Below are positions 25,601 through 37,097 of a stretch of DNA of 64,000 nucleotides, one piece after another. The position numbers and the translations under genes are program-made. Origin of the DNA: Bispira polyomma (Eukaryota); NCBI GenBank assembly GCA_965649765.1, contig OZ287750.1, positions 46,128,001 to 46,192,000 of the forward strand, given 5' to 3'. How positions within the stretch are numbered: position 1 is the first letter of the stretch; the number at the start of each line of letters is the position of its first letter. The notes under the pieces were generated by a model. The model worked only from the letters and a program-made list of their open reading frames with translations, searched no databases and was not told the DNA's origin.

Positions 25601-26443
25601 ATATCTTTAATTAAATTAACTTAGATCTGTTAGAAGGTCATTGTTAAATTTCCATATTCCCCTACCCCTTTTTCTACTTTCTGTTATTTCAATTTCGAGA
25701 TATATTAATCTATGATCAGAGCTGTTTCCAGCTATTACACTGGTATCCACAATTAATGATTCTATCTGTATTGAAACAAGCCAAAAGTCGATTCGAGACT
25801 GAACCAGTCCAACTTTTGTCATTTCTCGTCTTGTAAAAATTAGCTTATCCTTATGTCTGATCCTCCAGATATCTATAGGAGAAAGTTCTTCTGATAGTTC
25901 ATCAATATTGTTGCTGTAAACGGAGCGATTTTCACCACTGGTGCCACCTTTTTTATCAAGAGCAAGATTTAAGTATGTATTAAAGTCACCTCCAATGATT
26001 AAAGCTTTGTCACTATAATTCTCTAACATATTACGAACACAATTTAAAAATAAAGTCTGCTGTTCAGGCTTGTCCTTAGTTGGTGCATAAACATTCACTA
26101 TAACAAATGGGTTATCTTCAAATGTGCATTCTATCAATATTATTCAGCCAGTAGTGTCCTTTGTTGTTGAAACAATTGTAAATTGCAAATTAAATGTTTT
26201 GGGAATCAAAATTGCTACTCCTCTGCTATTAGTTGAACCATGCGAATATAAAACCTGACCACTCCACTCTTTTGTCCAATTTTGTTCATCTTTTAAAGTT
26301 GAATGAGTTTCTTGCAGGAGTGTAATACCATGATGATACTTTTTTAGCCATAAAAATACATTTTTTCTTTTTTGCTTATCACGTAAGCCTCTCCAGTTAA
26401 AGGAATTTATTTTAAACTTTTCTAAATTTTTAGCCGTACTCAC
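22650..26443 (-). pseudogene. LINE ORF2 (APE endonuclease + reverse transcriptase + zinc finger) with several stops and frameshifts
   Basis: SFNWRGL, LQETH, NVYAP, GGDFN, SRIDF, SDH; KSPG, NWRPVSLL, IDFRKAFD, RQGCPIS, MLADD; YCGSVDTISRHLYEC. Confidence 0.9.
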
Positions 26444-27194
26444 AAGAACTATGTTTCACAGTTTTAATATGACAGCGTAGATTTGATTTAATATCTGTTT
26501 TAATATGACATCGTAGATTTAATTTAATATCTAAGACTGATAATAACATAAACAGTAGATAAGTAGAAACACAACAAAGATACACATGTGACATGGAAAC
26601 ATTAAAGGACAAGAAGATAAGAAAAAAAAAAAAAAATTAAATTCTGTCTCTAAAAACAAAACAAAAGTAGGCTTACCTTCCTTATCTATGGATTTTAGAT
26701 AAAAATAACTAATCAAAACTAAGTTACAAGCACCAATTAGTGTTTTCAACATAGATCTACTAATGGTAATGGTATATTTATAAACTATATCTATTCATTT
26801 TTATTTGATTTATTTTTTTAATACAAAATTTATGGTTGTGGATTTTGAACAAGAATCAAGATAACTAATCAAAACTCAAATCATAATAACTAATCAAACA
26901 TCAAATCCAAAAAAAGTTTTTAACATACTATAGTATATTTACAAGCTATATGTAGTTATTTCTTATTGGGTTTTCAGTACTTTGCTAAGTATTAACATAT
27001 ACAGTATAAACATCTACATTTTAAACTATATCTGCTTGTTTAGATACAGAATAGTATGTAATTTTTGTTATCATTTTATTACCAAAAAATAGCATGCTAA
27101 TTATCGACATATAGAGGATAAACATATACCTGTTAGATACAGACTTGTATGTAATTTTTGTATGTCATTATATTATATATATCAAGCTTTAGAC

Positions 27195-28132
27195 TTACAC
27201 AATTTTGTCTCCCAACTCCATTAGCATCACACCTAACTTGTTTTGTCCTTTCCACTGACCATGATCCCAAATGTTCCTGTCTCTTAGTTTCGATCCAACT
27301 CCCCAGTAGAGGTCTTTTGGATTGGCCTCAGCTAACCTAGTTGATTTGGTGCCTTTCAAAAAGTTTCTGCAGCATGTGGACTGCTCATATTTTGCTGTGA
27401 GTGCTGTCATCATGATACTATCACACGTCCCAAATAACCTTTTTCTGACCTTTAATAGAGTATGCAAGTCCTTTCTGCTCTTAATACTAAGATCAGTCGC
27501 ATTCTGCCTTCACTACTTTTTGGAGGTGGTCCTACCCTATGGGCTCGAACCATGGCTCTGGGGGGCAGATGCCCTAGACCAGAGATTTGTAACAGTTCAA
27601 TAATCTTCCTTTCACAGACTATTGGTGTTTCTCCACGTTCTTCTGCTATGCCGGAAAAAAGTAGATTGTCCCTTCTTGAAGAGCTTTCCATCTTTAATAT
27701 TTTGTCTTCAAGCACCTTTCTGGACTCTTTTTCTTTTTCTTCAAGCACTTTTCTAGACTCTTTTTCCTTTGTCAACTCGTTCTTGCAGCTTTCTAATTCT
27801 TTTCTCTGTGTGTCCAACTGTGTAGTTAATATATCCAGCTTTGCTAACAAGTTATTATTTCCTTTTTCTATTTCTTCTTGCAATATTGATCTAAAGTTCT
27901 CTTGTATTTGCTGTTGTATTAGGTCTATTTTGTTCTGATTATCACTGGATCCGGAGTCAGCCGAGTAAACTGAGGGTTCTGCTAAGTTCAATTTACTGGA
28001 CTTTGGTTGGTTTGTTATGGAGGGTGACGGGGTGTCTGGTTCCACATCACTATGGGATCTGTAGTTTTTTGATGGCATTTTACTACTTATAGTTTCCATA
28101 ACCTCAATATATTGATATGTGTTCTGCCTCAA
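27195..28132 (-). pseudogene. LINE ORF1 (coiled coil + partial RRM) fused to a C-terminal NADAR/YbiA-like domain; internally deleted and frameshifted
   Basis: L1-type ORF1 motifs at 27490-28132. Reconstructed EQKGLAYSIKGQKKVIWD/CDSIMMTALTAKYEQ...FLKGT..RLAEANPKDLYWGVG...WKGQNKLGVMLMEL at 27195-27480. Confidence 0.78.
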
Positions 28133-29139
28133 AAAATGTTTAGTTCATTGGTTACTTTTACCTTTTATGTAGTACTACAATAGTGTTCTGACTTTTAGTA
28201 CAGCAACAATGCTCTGACACAACAAATGCACTTTGACTGGAATATCTGCTACTTAAACTTTTGTGACTACTTCTAAGATTATTTATAAAGTCTATATTTA
28301 TAAGCTTACTTTTTAACTTGAGAGTAGTGTGTCAATTATATGATATAGTAAATGTCATTTTACCTATATTCACATGCAACACAGTAAAACACCACTAATC
28401 AACATGTTTACATATTCCTTAAGTTCATTTCCTGTTTACTCCATGTTAAATCTTGTATTACTGCCCACCTAAATTTATATCCATCAGCATCCAAAAAACT
28501 ACATTATGGGAAAGACAATTTTGTACTCCTTTATTGTCTATACATTTCCCTCTTTCCAATTATATGTTTACATCACTATTTGCTGTTTTGATTATATAGA
28601 AATTTATTATATTATTTGTTAGCTTCAACTTTTTGTACCTAACTTTTTTTCATAATGTCCTCATAAGAGTATCACTTATAATGTGAGGTGGCTTTAGCCA
28701 GCATGCTCAGTCGGGGGTGAACCTTAAAACTCCACCACCATAGCCCTAGAAAGACTACTTTAAGAAAAGCATTTTGTTTTGACAACAAGTGTAATATTAT
28801 TCTTAATTGGCTAAAACACTCTCTACAAATCTCATTAGTTGACCTTGTGGGTCACTGCTTGTGTTGTGGGTATTTTCCTCACTTTGAAATTACAAACTGA
28901 GGTATCAACAGCTATAGTCTGCTTAAATTGGACGCCATTGTACTATTTTAACATTTACAAATTTTTTAGTTGTGATACTGGACTATTTTATCATTTATTT
29001 GACTATTTAAGTGTTTTATGATTGATACACACATTCATTTGTACTGGTAAGTGTTTTATAGTGACAGTGCAGGAGACAAGTTATATTGAACAATATAGTT
29101 TATCACGGTCCGGTCCGTCAATGTATATGTTGCTGTATT

Positions 29140-29630
29140 TTATATACAAAGAAATGAACAATATTGAATGTATTTATACGTGGTAATGGGTATACAGTAA
29201 CAGTACCACAGGAGAGACATATAATATTGATTTTATACGAGGATTATTCTATGCACAAAGAAAGACCAATATTAAATGTACATTAGCAGTACCATGAGAG
29301 AGTAAATATTATATTGATTTTATGACTTTATACGGACGATCATTCTAGGCACAAAGAAAATACAAACAAAACGATATTGAATGTATTTATACGTGGTAAT
29401 CAGTATACAGTAACATTAACACAGGAGAGACATATAATATTGATTTTATACGAGGATCATTCTATGCACAAAGGAAATAATAGTAAATGTACATTAGCAG
29501 TACCACGAGAGAGTGAATATAATATTGATTTTATGACTTTATAAGGATGATCATTCTAAACACAGAGAAAAGAACAATATTGAATGTACAGTGGCAGTAC
29601 CACGAGAGAGAATATAATATTGATTTTAGT
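29140..29630. repeat. Degenerate tandem repeat (about 100-120-bp subunits, about 5 copies) upstream of gag
   Basis: Recurrent AATATTGAATGTA..CAGTACCAC..GAGAG..ATAATATTGATTTTAT..GATCATTCTA.GCACAAAG. Confidence 0.8.
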
Positions 29631-30051
29631 AGATTGGCCATGCTAGGGCAATATAAGTTTTAAAATCGGTGAGAGATATACACACAGAGCAACAAGAGAC
29701 ATGAATATAAATTTAGCATAGATATATCATGCAAAGTGCAGTGGATTCTGTGAATAATAAACTTGGCAACCATTGACTGATTTCCTGACGTGGAGAGTGT
29801 GCTTCTGAGGATCTGTGCTCTGCTACATGCATTGTTCTGCTAGTTTTTACTGTCTTTCAGGGACGTAACTTTTACCTAATCACGAATGTGTCAAAATTCT
29901 TGGAAAAACAAGCAAAACAAACAAATGGTAACAGAGCACAGTTATTTGTCATTCTTAATTGTTTCAGAAAACTGACTTAGACAATATATATACATATAAA
30001 TACGGCCAATAAATTGAGCCAGTGAAAAAAAAAAAAAAAAAAAAAATTGTA

Positions 30052-31191
30052 ATGCCTAGTGTGAAGTGTACCGGCTGTGGAGGTAGACATCCGAGACCTG
30101 TGGGAAGACGATGCCTAGTGTTCAAACGGGCACAACGCGAGGCCGAGCAGGATGAATGGATTGACGACAGCGAGATTACTCAGGAAGAGGACCCGGATAC
30201 AGGGCGATTACAGCTTCCGATACAGCTTCAACTCCAGTCACAGGGTGAGTCGCTTCCAACACCGGAAGTTACACAGAATGAGGTGAACTTAACAATATTG
30301 TCAGAACTGAAAAAACTCAATAGTAGATTAGAGTTGGTTGAAAACAACCACACGGTGAACAGTAAAAGTGTAAGTGAAAGTACAAGTAAAAGTACAGCAG
30401 TAGTGACCTCTAGTCCTAATATTAGCAGGGCTCAACTTAGTCAGGCGTGTAGTGGAGCAAGTGCCCCTGATGGTGATGCCATCATACCCAGTCTCAATGT
30501 GATTAAATCCAATGATATACAAGTTCAGGTAGATCAAAGGCTGCGTGAGCTTGCCCTACTCAATGCCCAGGATCCTTCAGGTAAAAATCAGATCAAATCC
30601 CAAAGGGGTGTTTCAGTAGATGTTTTTGTTAAAAAGCGTGTCAAGTGGCCTCACCAGCATGTACTGGGAGGCTCCACAAAAGATAGAATAACGTACAACC
30701 AGCTCACATTTTCTCAGTTTGTATTGGGTTTCACTCGTAGTATTCAAGAAGAAAGTAATGCTCAAACAAAAGATCAAATGTTAGATTATTTATGTAATCT
30801 GTTAGAAGATGTCCAGGACTTTTCTTGGCAAGCTGCCAAGAATAGCCATGCAATACTCCTTTGTCAAATGGAGGAAGGTAAGATAGAATGGTCTGACACC
30901 AACAAGATTGACAGGGTACGTAGGGCACATGCCCAGAGACATGTAGTTGGTAGTAACACAGGTAGTAATTACTCCAAATCACAAACCAAAGATAGGAAAG
31001 CAGGCACACCTTGTTTTAGATTTCAAAAGGGGACATGCAAATTTACCAAGGATCATGAAATGGGGAGCAAAAACTTCATACATGTGTGTGAGTCCTGCTT
31101 TGCTATGGGTAAGTTGTTTAACCATCCTGACAAAGAGTGTAGGAACAAAAAGTATAATTCAAAAAACGGGGGAGGGCCAGCACCAAATTAG
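30052..31191 (+). CDS. Gag-like ORF1 of Ngaro-like element 2
   Basis: ATG at 30052 (MPSVKC). N-terminal CxxCxxxHx7C, coiled coil, W..AKNSHAILL core and C-terminal Cys/His fingers, all homologous to gag of element 3. Confidence 0.85.
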   Translation: MPSVKCTGCGGRHPRPVGRRCLVFKRAQREAEQDEWIDDSEITQEEDPDTGRLQLPIQLQLQSQGESLPTPEVTQNEVNLTILSELKKLNSRLELVENNHTVNSKSVSESTSKSTAVVTSSPNISRAQLSQACSGASAPDGDAIIPSLNVIKSNDIQVQVDQRLRELALLNAQDPSGKNQIKSQRGVSVDVFVKKRVKWPHQHVLGGSTKDRITYNQLTFSQFVLGFTRSIQEESNAQTKDQMLDYLCNLLEDVQDFSWQAAKNSHAILLCQMEEGKIEWSDTNKIDRVRRAHAQRHVVGSNTGSNYSKSQTKDRKAGTPCFRFQKGTCKFTKDHEMGSKNFIHVCESCFAMGKLFNHPDKECRNKKYNSKNGGGPAPN

Positions 31192-34020
31192 GCGCTGGCA
31201 AAAATGGTATAAAATATTGTAATGGACAGAGACACAGGTCAGATAGTGTATATAATCATGTAGAAGGTAGTAATACTGAAGTCAAGTATAGACAGTATGG
31301 TGATAGAATTGTGTATAGTACAGTCATACCTAATGTAAAAGTATTGCATAATAATCAGTTTTCAGGTGATTGGAGAGAAGCATATAGAAATGCAGGTCTA
31401 AAGCGCACATATGCACAGTCCCTGAAGCAGGGCACACGTGGTAAGGGTGTTGTAGTCAGCCAGCAGCAAGCTCGGTGTGGACGAAACTCTCCCACTAATA
31501 GAACAGCAAATGCCCTCAAAGTTACCAACCATAGCATATCTAAATCAGCTGTTTCAAATGGCACTAGCATTGACAACAACAAATGTCCAAAAAGGGGTGA
31601 TATTACAAAACCCCAAAGCTCCATGGCCAACAGTCACAATAAAACCCTCATTAGAGACAAACAGGTCCCACTGGCTAATCGTTTCACTCCCCTATTGTCG
31701 GCCCTGGAACAAGACGATGGTCATAACGAAGAAAGTGGGGAAAGGGGGGGATGTGATTTTCTCAAAAGTAGCATAAATAATGACACTTACGGACAGATTG
31801 GCAGTGCCATAAAAAATCAACCAGCTTGTGTCACAACTCCATTTTTAGCACATAAAAGGCGCAACATGTATGACAATGGGGATAAGGATAAAGGGAAAAC
31901 CACTTCTATTCAAGGGGTGGAAAACAACTTCACACTTCCACAAAGTGACAATGTTAGCAAAAGTACGGGTGTTTGTAATATGGGTAGTGGGGAGACTCGT
32001 ACTCCAGGAAATAAAACCAATATTGTCATAGACAGCATTGCATGGGGTAATAGTACGGTTGCTTCAAGTGAATGCAACAAACAATGTCATGGTAATGGAA
32101 CCGCACAAGGCAAGGACCAAAAAGTAGTATGGCAGGGAAAATTAACACCACATGCCCCAGTATTTATCCCTAACAAAGTACTTTCCCCGGTTGACTTGCT
32201 AAACGTAGATGGCAAATACGAATTGCAATTCTTGAGTAAAACCAACACAAAAGATATTGCTCAGCTAGTGCAATGTAAAAAATTATATGACACTTGTATG
32301 TTTCAAAACCCTCAAGGCTTTGGCTTTATACCATTGAGTGATTTTGTTAGAACCCAGCATCAGGTTAGTGTCCATACTGAGGATATACATGATCCCATAC
32401 TCTTACATGAAATGGTTAAGGCAACGGGGAAGTACAATTTTCAGCAGGCACGTTATCCTGTCAAATCCCAACTAAAGGTTGATAACTGGGAAAGGTACTT
32501 AGAGCATTACTGGGATTCACAGTTGATTGATTTCATCAAATTTGGATTCCCCCTAGGCTTTGATAGGAATGTTGAACTTCAGTGTGACTTAAACAATCAC
32601 ACATCAGCTACCCAATATCCAGCACATGTAGATACATATCTAAATGAAGAATGTGGTTTTAATGCAATTATAGGTCCCTTTGCCACCAGTCCTATTACAC
32701 AGCTTCACTGCTCACCATTTATGACTCGGGAAAAACCAGGATCAGTAAATCGCAGGGTAATCATAGATCTGAGTTGGCCAGAAGGTGGTAGTGTAAATGG
32801 AAATGAAGGACTCCTACTTGGGTACTAAATTTATCCTCACATTTCCTTCAATTGATAATATAGTAGAGCAAGTAAAGTCCTTTGGAAAGGGCTCACATAT
32901 ATACAAGATAGATATTTCTAGGGCATTTAGGCATGTCAAGATAGATCCCAAAGACTATGATTTGTTAGGCCTCTACTGGAAAGACTTCTATATTGACACA
33001 TGTCTTCCCTTCGGGTCAAGGAATGGTAGCCAGATCTTTCAGAGAATTAGTGATGGAGTAAGGTATATCATGAGTAAAAATAACCACAAGATTATCAATT
33101 ATATTGATGATTTAATAGGCTGTGGTGTACCCAGCAAAGCTAAGGCAGCATATGACTTCCTGTACCAATTACTAGGTGAGTTAGGTCTTACTATCAGTGC
33201 AAAAAAGTTAGTTCCACCAAGTACACAATGCAAATGTTTAGGAGTACTAATTGACACTGTACAAGGTACCATTTCTATTCCTGTAGACAAACTAGAAATC
33301 ATAGTCAAAACTTGTGCCACTTGGCAGGATTTTGAGGTAACCACAAAAAGAAAACTGCAGTCATTATTAGGTTCTCTCTTATATGTCGCAAAATGCTGCA
33401 AGCCAGCTCGCATTTTCCTGAACAGAATGTTGACTACTCTTAGAGCTGCTAGTAATCTGAAGCGTATTGTACTAGATGAAGAATTCCACAGGGATGTCAA
33501 CTGGTTTCAGTCTTTTCTAGCTCAGTACAACGGTGTCACCTTTTTTAACCACAAGCCGGTGGCTGCAGTCATTGAATTAGATGCATGTTTAACTGGGGTA
33601 GGGGCCAGGTATGGGGATAGGTTATACACTCTACCAATTCCCCAGTCCATGCAAGGCATCGGAATAGTCAGACTAGAGATGGTAAATATTGTAGTGGCTT
33701 TGAAGGTGTGGGGTAGTTACTGGAAAGACAGCAAAGTGGTTATCCGTTGTGACAATAGTGCAGTAGTATCAGTGTTAAACACAGGTAGGACTCGAGACAA
33801 ATACCTTGCAGCTTGTGCAAGGAATGTATTTCTCCTTACAGCTAGGCACAACATAGACTTAAAAGTAGTGCACATTTTAGGCATTAATAATGCAGTGGCT
33901 GATACACTATCCAGGTGGAAGGGCTCCAAATCTCAGTGGCAAATAATAAACAGGCATGTTAATGATCCTGTTTGGTGTGACCTTAAGCAAGAGGCCTTCC
34001 ACCTGGATTGGTCCATATAG
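31161..34020 (+). pseudogene. pol (RT + RNase H) of element 2, entered in the -1 frame from gag; one mutational frameshift at about 32805
   Basis: The -1 frame is open from 31161 into ORF 31311-32828; ORF 32797-34020 has KIDISRAFR, LPFG, NYIDD, DAC, CDN, ADTLSR. Confidence 0.88.
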
Positions 34021-35017
34021 ATTAAACATTATTGTAGGTACTACTCCAGTCATGAAGGCCCTGACCACTGGCGCCATTGGGAGGCTCACAGGAGCATTCA
34101 GGCCCTCTACACAACGAGCCTATACGGCTATGTTTAGAAACTTCTTAAGGTTTTGCTGCTTCACAGCTATTTCAGTGCATAGAATTACAGTCCATGTCTT
34201 ATTGGCATTCATGGAATTCTTGGCCTACAATAACACCTCTCCATCTCAGGTGGCCAATTACATGGCAGCTATTAAGTCCAGTTTATCAGTATATGGCCTA
34301 CCAGTTCATGTGTTTTCGGATAATAGGATCAAATTGTTCCAAAAGTCATTGTTACTGAACAGACCACTCACTGTGAAAATGAAAGGCATATTCCAAGTGC
34401 AGCACTTGGAAAAAATTGTCCATTTGTGTGACACTATGTTTATGGGTCAGGTGTATAAATCCATTTATTTGTTAGCATTTTTTGCTTTCTTTCGTATTTC
34501 AAATCTAGTTCCACATGCAAATGAACCATTTGATCCATCGGTTCACCTGGCCAGAGGAGACATCTTTTTTGCTCCACCAGGACTGCAAGTACTACTGAAA
34601 TGGTCAAAGACCATGCAATCAAAGAATAAGGTTCAGCTAATTAAAGTTCCCTCACTAGGTGGGTCTCCAATATATCCTGTGAGAGCAGTAAAAAATGTAT
34701 TGTCCCTTACACCTGGGGGAAAAAATCACCAGTTATTCCAGATTAAGAAAGCAGGTGGTTGGAGTCCACTAAATGATAACATGGTTAGGCAACATTTGAA
34801 GAAAGTGGTATTGGCTTTAGGGCTAGATCCTTCTACTCACCCCTTTCATACCTTCAGGCGTTCAGGTACCACCTTGGTATTCAACTCTAACGTTCCAATA
34901 CAACAGATCCAAAAACATGGTACCTGGACGTCTGATTGCGTCTGGAAATATATTGTAGACACCCAGGACTCAGCTACCCAGGTGGCCACTACCTTTCAAA
35001 ATCTACTTTCTCAATAA
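33956..35017 (+). CDS. Tyrosine recombinase of element 2 (intact ORF)
   Basis: FFRISN, LKWSKT, HTFRR, HGTW, WKY. Confidence 0.9.
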   Translation: MLMILFGVTLSKRPSTWIGPYRLNIIVGTTPVMKALTTGAIGRLTGAFRPSTQRAYTAMFRNFLRFCCFTAISVHRITVHVLLAFMEFLAYNNTSPSQVANYMAAIKSSLSVYGLPVHVFSDNRIKLFQKSLLLNRPLTVKMKGIFQVQHLEKIVHLCDTMFMGQVYKSIYLLAFFAFFRISNLVPHANEPFDPSVHLARGDIFFAPPGLQVLLKWSKTMQSKNKVQLIKVPSLGGSPIYPVRAVKNVLSLTPGGKNHQLFQIKKAGGWSPLNDNMVRQHLKKVVLALGLDPSTHPFHTFRRSGTTLVFNSNVPIQQIQKHGTWTSDCVWKYIVDTQDSATQVATTFQNLLSQ

Positions 35018-37097
35018 TACTACCACTAGTTTGGTTGTTTGGTGGTTATTTATTTATGTTATACTACTACGGTCTAATATATCTTAAATTTTACATGTAT
35101 AACTATTAATTCATAATGTACTACATAAGTACAGCTCTGGTTAGGTAACCAGAATAATTGTATACTAAAAATAATAGAACTTATATATATACAGTATACT
35201 AAATATTAAGAACTAAAAATGCATGTATCGGCACCAGGTTCATCTTATTCAAATCAAACATCTTAAAATCAAATTTCAAATTTAATTCATATCAAAAACT
35301 TTCAAAATCAAACATTTTAAATCTTAACTAATTATATATATAATAATTCATAAAATTGGGAACCTGTTGGCTTTAAGTTAAGGTTCCCTCATACCTATGA
35401 GGTCACCTTAGCTTAAATAGAATAAGTAATATGGTGTGTAACTGTAACATAGTTAATTATTAAATATACTCACAATTGGCAACAGGTACCTTGCATTTAT
35501 TCATTAAACTCAAAAATTTTACAATTTCAATTAGCTAAGTAATTCCTAATTCCCATTCTCAAAACCCATGGTACCTGGTGCCCTTGTTAGGGTGACCTTA
35601 GTCATTTAAGGTTACCCTACAAATGTTTTGTGTTGTACATGAAATGTAGTAGTAGTAAAATAAAATTTTATACCCGCAATACTCAGTGTACTCACTGGTC
35701 ACTCAAGGTCACCCATAGACTGGGAGAGATATTACTTAAGTCAGAGCAGGATAAACTCTAAATTTGCTCCGGGTAGCTGGAGCCCATAGACTGTGTGGAT
35801 CCCCCCCCTCCCCTGAGTTCACATCTAGTAGGCCAGGGTTGAATAGGAGCTCTGGGAGGTGATTAGGTGTCCAAGGTCTAGGGCTCCTGCCCCGGGTGAA
35901 GTTAAAGCAGACCGTAACAACCCATGCAGAAGACAGAGATAAAAGATCAACCTAATGTAAAAATTCAAACACAAGTTAGGCTAGTTCTATGACTAGACTG
36001 ATGGGGAACACAACATTAATTTATGCCTCATTTATGGGTAGACGTACAAATTTATACGGAACAAATGGAGGAATAATGTACTAATATATATATATATGAA
36101 GTACTAGATGTTCTATGCTCTATGTTATGTTTAAGGGCTAGGTCTAATTGTTTCAACCTGATGTTGGACTTTATTTGATATGAAGTAACGGTAAAAGTAT
36201 TTTATATTTTATTGGGGATTTGCTTACATGATTACTTATTGTATTATTGTTATGTATTTTATTATGTGTTAGTAGCCTATTGGGGCCTTAACATTTCACT
36301 TATCGTAAAAATCTAAGCAATTTTATATTATGTTAATGTCAATTGTGAAATATATATATGCTAACATGTACAAAATAAATACTCAAATGAAATCTTTTAT
36401 TACCTTCTTCAATCTCATAAATAAAATCCTTCATGGCCTTTTAAGAAATTCAACCTGACCTTTAGGAAATATAACCTTGATGAGACTTTTAAAGCAAATG
36501 TATGCGCTGACAGAGGGCAACCATTTTTACGTGGTCATCCGAGCCACTATGTATACATCTGTAACTGACAGCCCCAGACTGGAGATACAATCCAGGTCAT
36601 CTATGTTCCCTGAGGCATTAGTGATAGATAAAACATTTCTACCAAACAGAGATGGTCACTCCTGAAATCTTGCCTTGACAAGAAAGATGCCCGCCAACCA
36701 GCCCAACATGGGGATAGAAATAACTGCTAGTCATTAATTAACAAGAAGGCTGTTTGACCGCTAGCGGTCCCATATCTTGGCATGCCTGTATGGTAAGCAT
36801 TTCCACAAACTGTGTTACATATCTTAAGATGCTAGAGAACAATCCAACACACAAAAATAAAAATAAAATATAACCTCCTGACTTAAAATTATAGCTAGCT
36901 AATGTTTTTCTTTGTATAAACAACCAAATTACCGGAAAAACTCTTTCAATAATTTGTTTGTCATATAATTTTGCTTTAAAACCTTATAAAAATGATTTAA
37001 TTTGTGGGTCATAATATAATATTTTGAGGGTAAACTACAGCAGCCGTATTCACTATCAGACTTAAGCTAAGTCTTAGGCTTAAATCTAGCACAAAAG

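Larger units (their letters stand above)
22455..28200 (-). mobile_element. Near-full-length but decayed L1/Tx1-type LINE
   Basis: ORF1 (coiled coil + RRDNLLFSGI...RAHRVG), about 750-bp spacer, ORF2 with endonuclease, RT and C-terminal CCHC finger, 3' poly(A) at about 22455-22472. The 5' end is approximate. Confidence 0.9.
28680..36420 (+). mobile_element. Ngaro/PAT-like YR retrotransposon 2, near complete; termini approximate
   Basis: gag-pol-YR order. The 3' end is inferred from similarity of CTAACATGTACAAAATAAAT...TTACCTTCTT to the B repeat of element 1. Confidence 0.85.

Noticed and set aside
32790-32830. Second programmed frameshift inside pol of element 2
   Set aside because: No slippery heptamer; elements 1 and 3 are continuous here, so it is a copy-specific indel.
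35017-36420. Split direct or inverted terminal repeats for element 2
   Set aside because: I could not find a convincing duplicate by eye; only weak CCTCATA/TGAGG similarities, so the termini remain approximate.
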